Part shown: positions 1-10,527 of the stretch, in pieces
Layout: the number at the start of each line of letters is the position of its first letter
Position numbering within the stretch: position 1 is the first letter of the stretch
Source: Lachnospiraceae bacterium
Lineage (GTDB): Bacteria > Bacillota > Clostridia > Lachnospirales > Lachnospiraceae
Length of the DNA: 64,000 nt
Assembly (NCBI GenBank): GCA_017550535.1
Contig: JAFZOS010000042.1
Coordinates: 50,248-114,247 of the forward strand
Reading direction: 5' to 3'
Made by a program: the position numbers and the translations under genes
The notes under the pieces: model-generated
What the model was told of the DNA's origin: nothing
Seen by the model: the letters and a program-made list of their open reading frames with translations, nothing else
Databases searched by the model: none

Positions 1-213
1 GCGGAATGTTTTCAAACCGGCCAGGATCTCTTTCCTGTTTCCGCTTACCGGAAACATCCTGACAAAATCGGTAAACCTTATAAACCAGTTGCGGTAATCG
101 ATAACCGTGACCTCACTGCCGCATTTTTCCCTGATCGTCCGCTGCAGTGCATAGCACTGGAGAGCGCCGCCGAAATTATTCACAAAATGAAAGGTTATAA
201 TTCCTGTTTTCAA
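1..213 (-). CDS. Polysaccharide pyruvyl transferase family protein, N-terminal fragment (gene runs off the window start)
   Basis: My own minus-strand translation from TTG at 213 gives LKTGIITFHFVNNFGGALQCYALQRTIREKCGSEVTVIDYR... This matches the typical pyruvyl-transferase N-terminus (IITFH..N.G..LQ.YAL). A GGGGGA RBS lies ~6 nt upstream. The ORF is absent from the track because it is truncated. Confidence 0.6.
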   Translation of the reverse strand, partial: MKTGIITFHFVNNFGGALQCYALQRTIREKCGSEVTVIDYRNWFIRFTDFVRMFPVSGNRKEILAGLKTFR

Positions 214-342
214 ATCGTTCCCCCTGAAAAAAGATGGCTATTACAGTGTAAAAGAAAGGAGAGTCAATGTCAAATAGCCTTTGCGTATGTGATGAGCTTA
301 TTCCCCTTGTGAGATTGACGGTGTTTTGTTAAAATTATCCTT

Positions 343-2547
343 ATGATGAAGAAAAAAGTCGTTTATGTTTGCGCGTTCATATATATTATCGCATTCATCC
401 TTTTGCTTATATATTTCAACCGGATGAGACATACGGAGTATGAGTATTCATATGATTTTACGGATTTCTCCGTTGATGCAGGGTGCATTGATGAAGCGGG
501 AAGTCTTTTTGTTGACGAGAGTTCGGGTTTTAGCGGCGTGTTCTCGGCAACGCCCGGCACACAGTTATTGAGCGGGGATTATACGCTTACCGTAAGCTAT
601 CATTCATCGGGTACCAATGAACTCCATTATGCCGGAAACAGTAACTGTGATAAATACGTAAGCATGCCCGAGGGCGTCAGTGAGATAACGGAACGGTTTT
701 CATTGTGGCCTGCATCGGACAAATTCAGGATATGGCTTATTTATAAGGGTTCGGGCGAGCTCAGGATAGATTCGATCAGGATATCGTCCGATAAGCCTTT
801 GCTCACGGATTATGAGTATTTTATGTTCCTGACCGTGCTTTTTGGGGTCCTGATCCCGCTTGTGATCGCATTCTTTTACAAAAGGTTAAGCTTTGACAGG
901 GAACAGTGGTTTGCGGCAGGTATAATGGCGGTCCTTTCCGTTGTTGCGTCTTTTCCCATATTTTATGACTATATCTGGATGGGTGTGGATACCAGGCCGC
1001 ATCTTATGAGAGTGGACGGTATCAGTACCGCGATCTCTGCCCGAAGGTTCCCGACTATCATCTATGACAATTATTGCAATGATTACGGTGAATTAAGCTG
1101 CATATATCCGGATAAGTTTTTGTACCTGCCGGCTTTATTGCGAAAATTCGGAGTGTCTTTGATCACGTCACAGGGCACAATGCTGTTTATCATTAATGCC
1201 GCAGCTATCCTTAGCATGTATTTTTGTGCAAAGTACTTTACGCGGTCTGTCAGGGCTTCACTTATCTCTGCAATAGTGTATTGTTTTGTGCCCTACAGGA
1301 TATATGTTATGTACGGCGGAGGCCAGGCGTTTGGTATGGGGATATCAATGCTGTTCTTTGCACCGTTATTTGTGGGGCTTTATGATGTTTTCTTTGAAAA
1401 TGGGGAAAAATGGTATCTTATAGCCTTAAGTATGGCCGGCTTTTTGTGTTCGCATATCCTTTCGTTTGTTCTGGCCATAGTGATATGTTTTGGGACCGCG
1501 GTTTTCTGTGCAGTTGTAATACTTATAAAGCACAGCTTTAAAGAAAGGATCTTAGGTATCGCAGTTTCACTTCTAAAGGCTGTCGGTTTGTTTTTGATAC
1601 TTGGCATGTCTACCATTGTTCCGTTTGTTTACTATAACAATAAGGGAATAAATCTCTCAAAGATGAGCCTGGATTTTCTGCAGTGCATACATACGCTTTA
1701 TGAGGATTTTGTCTGCGAAAACGGCATTTATCATATCCTGCTGTTTGTTATATGCGTGATAATGCTGTTTTGCAGCAGGAAAGGCAGGACGGATGATGAA
1801 CGCGGAGGATACAGATATATATATGGCAGGTTCCTGCTTGCCGCAGGGTGGCTCCTGTTTGTATTGTCCACAAGGCTGTTCCCGTGGAAGATAATCGCTT
1901 CATTTCCCCGTATTTACGGTCTGCTTAATATGTTCCAGTTTGCTGAACGGTTCAGGCTTGCGGGAATGCCTGCGCTCTGTCTTGGCGGAGCGATGCTGTA
2001 TAAAAGCATTTCCGGTAGTGCTAAGAAAAATCTGACTTATATAACGTCAGCGGTTCTGCTTGTATTCATTTATCTTGGACTTCATACGGCATATTACCAG
2101 ATAAGCTATTGCGATGTATGCGTGTTTGATCGTATGACGGGCGACATATACTACAGGCAGCTGGGTTACCTTCCGCCCGGAACCGAGATGGATTATTACG
2201 AGTCCAGTGTTCCCAACTGCGGAGACTGGGACAGCGTTGAGAATATTTCATATATAAAAAACGGAACATCGATTCATTATGAATATAAATGCTCTTCCGA
2301 AGGGAACTATATAGAATTTCCGCTTTTCAAATATGTGGGATATCATGCATATGACGCTGCGGGAAATGAACTCTTGATAAAAATGAGCGATCACAACCGT
2401 ATACTTATCGATCTTACAAAGAGTGATGAACCGCAGGTCATAGATGTTGTCTTTAAAATGCACCCCGCTTTCAGGATATGTGCGGTTATATCCCTGCTTG
2501 GAACACTGTTTCTTTTATATATCATAAAAATGGATTTTTGCCGGTGA
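343..2547 (+). CDS. Large multi-pass membrane protein, GT-C/YfhO-like (putative glycan/teichoic-acid glycosyl-modifying enzyme)
   Basis: 734 aa. It has an N-terminal TM, a ~130-aa extracytoplasmic domain, then >10 predicted TM helices and a C-terminal beta-rich domain with a final TM. It is a paralogue of 26130..28298 (shared YGEL..YP, YLPxGT..DYYE and IE(F/L)P.F.Y.GY motifs). It sits next to a pyruvyl transferase gene. Confidence 0.5.
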   Translation: MMKKKVVYVCAFIYIIAFILLLIYFNRMRHTEYEYSYDFTDFSVDAGCIDEAGSLFVDESSGFSGVFSATPGTQLLSGDYTLTVSYHSSGTNELHYAGNSNCDKYVSMPEGVSEITERFSLWPASDKFRIWLIYKGSGELRIDSIRISSDKPLLTDYEYFMFLTVLFGVLIPLVIAFFYKRLSFDREQWFAAGIMAVLSVVASFPIFYDYIWMGVDTRPHLMRVDGISTAISARRFPTIIYDNYCNDYGELSCIYPDKFLYLPALLRKFGVSLITSQGTMLFIINAAAILSMYFCAKYFTRSVRASLISAIVYCFVPYRIYVMYGGGQAFGMGISMLFFAPLFVGLYDVFFENGEKWYLIALSMAGFLCSHILSFVLAIVICFGTAVFCAVVILIKHSFKERILGIAVSLLKAVGLFLILGMSTIVPFVYYNNKGINLSKMSLDFLQCIHTLYEDFVCENGIYHILLFVICVIMLFCSRKGRTDDERGGYRYIYGRFLLAAGWLLFVLSTRLFPWKIIASFPRIYGLLNMFQFAERFRLAGMPALCLGGAMLYKSISGSAKKNLTYITSAVLLVFIYLGLHTAYYQISYCDVCVFDRMTGDIYYRQLGYLPPGTEMDYYESSVPNCGDWDSVENISYIKNGTSIHYEYKCSSEGNYIEFPLFKYVGYHAYDAAGNELLIKMSDHNRILIDLTKSDEPQVIDVVFKMHPAFRICAVISLLGTLFLLYIIKMDFCR

Positions 2548-2593
2548 TTTTGGTATACTGATTCTTATACAATTTCTTTTACGGAGGCAGTAA

Positions 2594-3094
2594 ATGAACG
2601 AATCATATGTTGAATGCATGGTAGCAAAAAAAGGTTCTCCGTTACTCGGGGTCCTTAAGTATCTTATCTATTTACTGACCGGTGTGTCCCTTGTTGCGGC
2701 AGTGTCCTGGAACTTCATATTTATTGTTCCGCTTGTCATCTTTGGACTTTTGGTGTATTTTGTGGTCCCGAATTTTGACCTCGAATATGAATACCTGTAT
2801 CTTGATCGTGAGATATCGATCGATAAGATCATGAGCAAACAGAAACGTAAAAAAATAAGGACGATCGATCTTTCCAAGATGGAATTCATATGTCCGATCA
2901 ATTCCCATCAGCTTGATTCTTATAAGGCAAGGAAAGTAAAGGTATCCGATTATTCGTCCCGTCAGCCTGATGCGAAGGTGTGGGTTTTGGTGTATAAGGA
3001 CCAGTCGACGGAGGAACTTATCGGGCTTGAACCGAACGAGGAACTTCTTAAGGCGATAAAGAACCTGTATCCCCGAAAAGTCGTTGAGATATAG
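2594..3094 (+). CDS. Small membrane protein, function unknown
   Basis: 166 aa with a GGAGG RBS (acggaggcagtaaATG). It has two hydrophobic helices near the N-terminus and a charged C-terminal half. Confidence 0.6.
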   Translation: MNESYVECMVAKKGSPLLGVLKYLIYLLTGVSLVAAVSWNFIFIVPLVIFGLLVYFVVPNFDLEYEYLYLDREISIDKIMSKQKRKKIRTIDLSKMEFICPINSHQLDSYKARKVKVSDYSSRQPDAKVWVLVYKDQSTEELIGLEPNEELLKAIKNLYPRKVVEI

Positions 3095-3170
3095 CCGTTG
3101 ACAACGGTACTTATTATAATATATATTTAATTAAATATTCAAAAATACTATATAGAAACGGAGGTAGTGA

Positions 3171-4627
<1,457 letters not shown>

Positions 4628-4628
<1 letters not shown>

Positions 4629-5428
4629 TGATCAAAAGTATCTTTGAGGATTTTGATGCGACGCTGCGGAGTAAATCAGCCTATATTTATTTCGCTGCCG
4701 TCGTAGTCCTCTGCATAATTGCAAATATAGCGGTTGTTGCGTTCAGGTCTGTGTACGGGACAAACGAAGGTACCTATGCGTATAATATCATGGAATATGC
4801 CGCATGGTCTTTTATAGTACCGTACTTATCATGCATCTTCATTGCCCATATGGTATTTGGAAAAAAATACCCAAGGCTCGGAAAGCATGGCAGGACGAAG
4901 ACATATGTTTCAAAACTGTTATCAGGTATACTTCTGGCCTTTGTTTATCTGGTCATTACATTCGTGATGCTGGTTATCACCACATCCCTTTTCCAGATGC
5001 ATGACAAGTCATTGAGCTCCGAGGCGATAAGGACGTTCTGTACAAAGATGTTTCTTGCGATGCCGCTGTTCCTTGCGGGCATGGCATTTGCCACTATGTT
5101 CCTTTTCTGTTTTAAGGATAAACGCAAGGCTTATGCGGGCTTCTTTCTGCTTACCCTGGTAATACCAAGGATCATACTGCGGCTTGCAAAGGAGCCGCCC
5201 GGTATACAGGTGTTTAAGTTCTTAAGGAGGTATACAATCTCGCAGTGCTTTACACTTATACCGTATCCTTCAAGTCCTGAGAGGAGCGTTCCGCTTATAA
5301 TCGGCTTGGGATTTATCTATACGGCAGTGTCTACCGCTGTCGGTATTGTGGTATTTAACAAAAAAGAAAGAACGAATCATAGTAAAGGGCAGGTCGTTGA
5401 TGACACAGATATTGGAAGGCTCTCATAA
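4628..5428 (+). CDS. Integral membrane protein (ABC-2-permease-like topology), function unknown
   Basis: 266 aa with about 6 hydrophobic helices. Its start overlaps the guaB stop (TAATG), suggesting translational coupling. Confidence 0.55.
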
Positions 5429-8147
5429 TTCATATGAGCACACGTTTGATATAGATATCGAGTGGCTGCAGAATCTTCAGGATTACTATGCGGACATGGC
5501 GGGGCTTTTCCTCTATCTTCTCGATGATAAGGGGGAGCCTCTTACCGGGATGTCAGGTGACCGGGTCGAGATGGACAGGCTTAAGGCGGCTATATCACCG
5601 GAACAGATATCGCAGATATATAAGCGGCTTTTAAGCTCATCTACGGAAGAGCAGGTCATTGAAGAAACCGGGTTTTCAAATGTCCGTATAGCCGGGATCG
5701 TCATCAGGGTGGATGGTGCTCCCGACATATGCTGGATGGTGTGTGCCGTGATAGACGGCATAAATGATTCTGAGGCTCTGCTTAATTTTCATACAACGAT
5801 CAGTGAGGACGATTTTTTAAGATCGATCGATTTTCTGCGCCTTCTTTCCACCAAGGTATATACAACTACATATTTAAGGGTCGATGCCATAGCGGAATCG
5901 GTAAAGAGCAAGTCGGCCGAGCTGGAAATGCTGCATGAACTCCGTAAATCCGAGTTTATGACTGATATAGTATCACTCCTTGACAGTGATGAGGTTTTCG
6001 AGGATATATGCCATCAGATGGTAGGATATGTTGGGAATTTCTCGGATATAGCACATGCATACGTGCTGAGGCCCAATGTGAGCGGGACGGGTGTGGATGT
6101 TCTCGGCGAATTTCTTAAGGAAGGGAAATCATCGCTTCACGGAGTGGCAAAGACGGATGATCTTTTAAAGTATCTGAAGCTTGCCGGTGATAAGCCTACG
6201 GTGGTTTCGTATAAGACACGCCTTGAGCAGGAGGCGAGGGACTGGCTCAATGCGCTGGATCTTACGTCCTGCGTTGCCCTGCCCATATTTACGAGCAAGC
6301 CGAACAGGCAGGTTGCAATGTATGTTGTGTTTGCGGATGATTCTCCTGGAAGGATGTGGGACCGTGACGAGATCAAGTTCTTCGGAGATGCCGAGCGCAT
6401 ATTGCAGAGTATCCTTGAAAAGCGTATCCAGAAAAATTCACTGGCAAGTTCATATAAGTCGCTCGAATCCATCCTTGACAATGTCGGTACAGCCATATAT
6501 GTACGGGATATCGAATCCGGACAGATACTGTTCACAAACAGGATGTTTAAGAATTCATTTGCGAGTGAGATGGAGGACGGCACTGTTGAGAGGCTGTTCG
6601 AGAGGGATAAGGATTACAACGGCGGCACTTCGTATTACGAGGTGGAATACCCCCAGAAACGCAGGTGGTATGACCTGAATACCACATATATAAGGTGGGT
6701 TGACGGACGCAGGGTGCTGTTGTGCTCAATAGTTGACATAACTGATAAAAAACTGTATCAGCAGAAGATTGAGCAGCAGGCAAACAATGACTTTTTGACA
6801 GGCCTGTATAACAGGATGAGCTGTGAGCGCGACCTGGCTCATTTTATCGAGGCCGCCAAGCTGAATCACAGCAAAGGTGCATTATTGTACCTTGATCTTG
6901 ATGATTTTAAGCATATCAATGACGGACTGGGACATCAGTACGGCGATGTCCTGCTAAAGGCGATATCCCATTGCCTGTCACGTATAGACGGAGTTGAGAA
7001 TTCATGTTACCGTATGGGCGGTGACGAGTTCATTATAATAATCCCTCATACCAGCATGAGGAAGTTTAACGATATCATTGAAGAGATACGTATAGTTTTC
7101 AACAAGCCGTGGTTCTTAAAGGGCGCGGACTATTACTGTACGACAAGTATGGGTATCGTTACTTTCCCCGATGAGGGCGATACGGTCCAGGATGTCATAA
7201 AGAAGGCCGATATCGCAATGTATGAGGCCAAGCGGGGCGGCAAGAACAGGACGGCTTATTACAGTGACAGCAAGGATTCCGAATCCAACAGGCGTCTTGA
7301 TATGGAAAAGAGCATGAGGGATGCCACCAGCGATAACTATAAGGAATTTGAGGTTTATTACCAGCCGATCATAGATACGGAAAAGGGCGGATTTTGTACG
7401 GGTGCGGAAGCTCTTATACGGTGGAATTCAACGGAGCTTGGTTTTGTGTCCCCGGGTGACTTCATTCCCCTGGCCGAATACCTGGGCCTTATCAACCCGA
7501 TCGGAAATTACGTATTAAGGGAAGCCTGCCAGGCATGCAAGCACTGGAATGAGAGCGGGCATCCTTATTATAAGGTTAATGTTAATCTGTCGGTTGTACA
7601 GCTTCTCCAGAACGACGTTGTCGAAACTGTCGAGAACATCATCAATGAAACAGGCATAAATCCGAGGAATTTAACGCTTGAGGTTACGGAAAGCCTTGCC
7701 ATAAACGATATGGAAAGGATGAAGAAGATCTTAGGCAGCATAAAGAAGCTCGGTGTGCGTATAGCGCTTGACGATTTCGGTACCGGTTATTCATCACTCA
7801 GCCATATACGTGAGATACCGCTCGATGTGATCAAGGTTGACCAGAGTTTTGTAAAGGATCTTTCGATAGATCAGTATGCGCAGGCCTTTGTCAAAATGGT
7901 CGGCGAGCTGGCCGATGCCCTTAACGTAAAGATATGCGTGGAAGGTATCGAGACCGAGGAGCAGCTGCGCGTACTTGATAACATGAATATCAGGCTCATC
8001 CAGGGATTCTACTTTGACAAGCCCATGAGGCGTTATGTATTCGAGGAGAAATACGTGTTAAATTACGAAGATAAGATGGATCCGCCGGAGGATTTTGATG
8101 ATCCCATCGGGGAGCTTACCGATGAGGATAGAAGCATACTATACTGA
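5400..8147 (+). CDS. PAS-GGDEF-EAL c-di-GMP turnover protein
   Basis: GGDEF domain motifs are LTGLYNR and RMGGDEFIIII. EAL domain motifs are EALIRW, DDFGTGYSSL, EGIETEEQ and QGFYF, so both look intact. A PAS-like region (GTAIYVRDIESGQILFTNRMF) sits upstream. I chose the ATG at 5400 (MTQILEG, AAGGGCAGG RBS); the track ORF begins at 5346 inside the previous gene. Confidence 0.88.
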   Translation: MTQILEGSHNSYEHTFDIDIEWLQNLQDYYADMAGLFLYLLDDKGEPLTGMSGDRVEMDRLKAAISPEQISQIYKRLLSSSTEEQVIEETGFSNVRIAGIVIRVDGAPDICWMVCAVIDGINDSEALLNFHTTISEDDFLRSIDFLRLLSTKVYTTTYLRVDAIAESVKSKSAELEMLHELRKSEFMTDIVSLLDSDEVFEDICHQMVGYVGNFSDIAHAYVLRPNVSGTGVDVLGEFLKEGKSSLHGVAKTDDLLKYLKLAGDKPTVVSYKTRLEQEARDWLNALDLTSCVALPIFTSKPNRQVAMYVVFADDSPGRMWDRDEIKFFGDAERILQSILEKRIQKNSLASSYKSLESILDNVGTAIYVRDIESGQILFTNRMFKNSFASEMEDGTVERLFERDKDYNGGTSYYEVEYPQKRRWYDLNTTYIRWVDGRRVLLCSIVDITDKKLYQQKIEQQANNDFLTGLYNRMSCERDLAHFIEAAKLNHSKGALLYLDLDDFKHINDGLGHQYGDVLLKAISHCLSRIDGVENSCYRMGGDEFIIIIPHTSMRKFNDIIEEIRIVFNKPWFLKGADYYCTTSMGIVTFPDEGDTVQDVIKKADIAMYEAKRGGKNRTAYYSDSKDSESNRRLDMEKSMRDATSDNYKEFEVYYQPIIDTEKGGFCTGAEALIRWNSTELGFVSPGDFIPLAEYLGLINPIGNYVLREACQACKHWNESGHPYYKVNVNLSVVQLLQNDVVETVENIINETGINPRNLTLEVTESLAINDMERMKKILGSIKKLGVRIALDDFGTGYSSLSHIREIPLDVIKVDQSFVKDLSIDQYAQAFVKMVGELADALNVKICVEGIETEEQLRVLDNMNIRLIQGFYFDKPMRRYVFEEKYVLNYEDKMDPPEDFDDPIGELTDEDRSILY

Positions 8148-8206
8148 TACAATTATCTCATGTCTTGAATTTATCCTCAGCACGACTGCGTGTTTCTATG
8201 CGATTT

Positions 8207-8369
8207 GTCCGCAGGTATTAGTTTCCCTTGGCTTTTTTACAATACACAGCTGTTCCGAGCCCGGATGGCGAGGAAAGTTGAACAGTGAGCACGGATGCGA
8301 ACTGTGAGACGGTAGCGTGCGTTACCAATGATGACCGAAAAAAAGCTTAGGGAAACAATACCTAAGGAC
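8207..8369. ncRNA. Candidate structured RNA or MITE-like inverted-repeat element (unclassified)
   Basis: The arm 8207..8238 (GTCCGCAGGTATTAGTTTCCCTTGGCTTTTTT) pairs with 8339..8369 (AAAAAAGCTTAGGGAAACAATACCTAAGGAC). That gives about 28 pairs with 1 wobble, 1 mismatch, 1 bulge and one 2x2 loop, enclosing ~100 nt with further local helices (CTGTTC/GAACAG, GGTA/TACC). It lies in a 450-nt gene-free gap. Strand and class are unknown. Confidence 0.3.
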
Positions 8370-8550
8370 CATGAGCACGGAAATATGCAGTGGTGCTGAG
8401 GTATCTCACCTAAGTCAATTCAACACACAAATTCGTATTGCAGAATATCAAAGAACCTTCAAAAACACAAAATATAGCACGATCCGCACATGCGTATACC
8501 ATATTGTGTAGTTGCATGATTATTACGATTATGTTAACCTAAGTGTGGGG

Positions 8551-8569
8551 TTTGACTTTATCAGTCAAA
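8551..8569. promoter_or_regulatory. Palindromic candidate operator upstream of the TetR-family gene
   Basis: TTTGACT-ttatc-AGTCAAA is a perfect 7-bp inverted repeat 30 nt upstream of the 8599 start codon. This fits an autoregulated TetR operator; binding is not demonstrated. Confidence 0.35.
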
Positions 8570-8598
8570 TATGGTTGTACACAAGGAAGGTATAGGGT

Positions 8599-10245
8599 AT
8601 GAATCCGAAGTTTTTTGATGTTAAGAAGGAAAAACAGGACGCTATAATCAATGCGGCTCTTATGGTATTTGCCGAAAACGGATACAGGAAGGCAAGCACC
8701 GACGTCATAGTTAAGGAGGCAGGGATCTCAAAGGGCCTTCTGTTCCATTATTTTATCAGCAAACAGGGCGTGTATGAGTTTGTATACGATTACAGCATTA
8801 AATACATGCTGCTTGAGCTTACGCAGACGGTACGCAAGGATGAGAAGGATTTCTTCTCAATCCAGCGGATGATCGAGTTTGCAAAGACAAAGGTGATGAA
8901 GAATTATCCTTATATGCAGCAGTTCTTAAGCAGTGCCAGATTCGAAACACATCCCGACGCTTTAAGGGTTATAAATGAATCCGCGGGCGTTATCGATAAT
9001 GCTTATGCAGGTATATATAAAAAGGCAGATATGTCAAGGTTTGCGGGCCCGGTGGATCAGAAAAAGATCATTAAGCTCATTGGCTGGATGTCCGACGGAT
9101 ATATAAAGGACAAATTCAGGGAAGGAACCCCGGATCTTGATGAGATGAACGCTGAGTTCGCAACTTATCTTTCCATGCTGCGTGATCATTTTTACAAAGA
9201 TACCGATAAGCCCGAATTTATCCCGGAGGATGAGCCCGAGGCTGAACGTGATGATTCCGTTATGGACAGCATGAAGGAGGAGATCCTTGCAAAACCCGAG
9301 CCTGAAGAGGCGCCTTCACAGCTTTCATTCGAGGAGCGTCTTGCACTCGGAAAGAAGTCTGCTTACGAAAAGGGCGAGGCAACTCCCGCTGAGGAAGCCG
9401 TAGAAGAAAATGTGGATGATGAGGCTGTAAATGAGCCGGAAGGAGTTCAGGAATCAGAAGAAGTTAAGGAGCCTGAACCGGAAGCTTCCGAACCTGAGGA
9501 AGAAGCCCAAGTTACGGAAGAACCTGTCGCGGAAGAAAAAGAAGAGGAAGAAGTTCATGAAGAACCGGTGATCAAAGTTCCGGTAAGTCAGGAGGAAGAA
9601 CCTGAGGAGCCCGATGAGGAGGAACCGGAACCTGAGGAGCCTGATACTGAGGAACCTGAAGCTGAGAAACCGGAGGCTGAGGAAGCTGAAAGCGAAGAAG
9701 AAGCATCATCAGACAGTGAAGCCGATAAACCCGGGGAAGTACATAAAGATGATGAGCCTGCCCCGGAAGTCACTATCTCCATGGATTATTTTGAGGGCGG
9801 ATATAAGGTATATGACGGTTCTCTTAACAACATGGGAGATGAGACATATGCAGCTTCGCCTACGGTCGCATCTTACGTACCCGCTGCCGACATAGCCTTT
9901 TATGAAGAGTCACGTCTCGGCGATTTCAGCTATGGTACTGATTCACGGGGCGGAAGGGGCATTCCGTATGACAGCAGCGAAAACATACAGATATTTGTTA
10001 CTGATGACGATGAAGGCGATACATCAGACAGCAGCGACAACTTTGATATATCCGATCTGTCCGAGAAGATAATGAGCAACACGGACCGCGTGACGGCTGA
10101 GGACGAACGGAACCGGGAGCTTGAGAGCATGGGTCCCGCACCTGTACTTCCGGATTTCAAGCCTGACAGCGTTAAGCGAGGCAGACCCGCATCGGATGAC
10201 GATGACAGCGAGGATATGCATATCTACCGTCCGCTTAAATTCTGA
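8599..10245 (+). CDS. TetR/AcrR-family regulator with a very long acidic Glu/Pro/Asp-rich C-terminal extension
   Basis: The N-terminus carries a TetR HTH (KQDAIINAALMVFAENGYRKASTDVIVKEAGISKGLLFHYF) and a ~200-aa TetR-sized core. Residues ~205-548 are low-complexity acidic sequence (EEPEPEEPDTEEPEAEKPEAEEAESEEE...). AAGGAAGG RBS present. Confidence 0.85.
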   Translation: MNPKFFDVKKEKQDAIINAALMVFAENGYRKASTDVIVKEAGISKGLLFHYFISKQGVYEFVYDYSIKYMLLELTQTVRKDEKDFFSIQRMIEFAKTKVMKNYPYMQQFLSSARFETHPDALRVINESAGVIDNAYAGIYKKADMSRFAGPVDQKKIIKLIGWMSDGYIKDKFREGTPDLDEMNAEFATYLSMLRDHFYKDTDKPEFIPEDEPEAERDDSVMDSMKEEILAKPEPEEAPSQLSFEERLALGKKSAYEKGEATPAEEAVEENVDDEAVNEPEGVQESEEVKEPEPEASEPEEEAQVTEEPVAEEKEEEEVHEEPVIKVPVSQEEEPEEPDEEEPEPEEPDTEEPEAEKPEAEEAESEEEASSDSEADKPGEVHKDDEPAPEVTISMDYFEGGYKVYDGSLNNMGDETYAASPTVASYVPAADIAFYEESRLGDFSYGTDSRGGRGIPYDSSENIQIFVTDDDEGDTSDSSDNFDISDLSEKIMSNTDRVTAEDERNRELESMGPAPVLPDFKPDSVKRGRPASDDDDSEDMHIYRPLKF

Positions 10246-10310
10246 TATCTGATACATAACAACAATATTTTGTATTTTGCGCTTGCGTTTTAACTAAATA
10301 TAGTGTATCC

Positions 10311-10527
10311 TGTTAAACGAGGTGAGAAAGGGGAGGCTGTTTTTACAGTCTCCTCGTTGCGTAATAAGGGAGCAGTATTACCGTTCCGGCATAGCCGTGT
10401 TCCCCACTATCAGGCCGGAGGGGTGATGGTATTTCCGGGCTTCCGTAACAGGTACGTTATAGGATGTATATTGCAGTCTGTTCGATTTGAGGGACGGATG
10501 GGTGCTTAGTAATTAAGAGGAGAGTAT
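10311..10527 (+). promoter_or_regulatory. Long GC-rich structured 5' leader (or independent small RNA) upstream of the rRNA methyltransferase gene
   Basis: A possible promoter is TTGCGC(10277)-16-TATAGT(10299..10304). A hairpin spans 10316..10358 (AACGAGG..AGGCTG / CAGTCTCCTCGTT). CCTGTTA (10309..10315) pairs with TAACAGG (10446..10452). TCTCCTC (10349..10355) is a perfect complement of the SD GAGGAGA (10517..10523). I recognised no known riboswitch consensus. Confidence 0.3.

Noticed and set aside
8270-8277. GAGGAAAG, reminiscent of the RNase P RNA P4 strand (GAGGAAAGUCC)
   Set aside because: The match stops after 8 nt (GAGGAAAGTTGAAC). Other universally conserved RNase P segments (for example ACAGAA..GGCUUA and AGGGUGAAA) are absent, and the element is far too short.
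8095-8307. 70-aa ORF spanning the end of the GGDEF-EAL gene and the left arm of the inverted repeat
   Set aside because: It starts inside the upstream CDS in another frame and has no RBS. It runs through the T-tract and palindrome arm, so it is most likely non-coding.
10478-10495. GTTCGATTTGAGG resembling a tRNA T-loop
   Set aside because: The flanking bases do not form a T-stem, and no acceptor, D or anticodon arms can be drawn. I found no tRNA anywhere in the window.
10303-10509. 68-aa + strand ORF in the gap before the methyltransferase gene
   Set aside because: It has a TTG-type start without an RBS. Its Gly/Arg/Val-rich sequence is not protein-like and it coincides with helices of a structured RNA leader.
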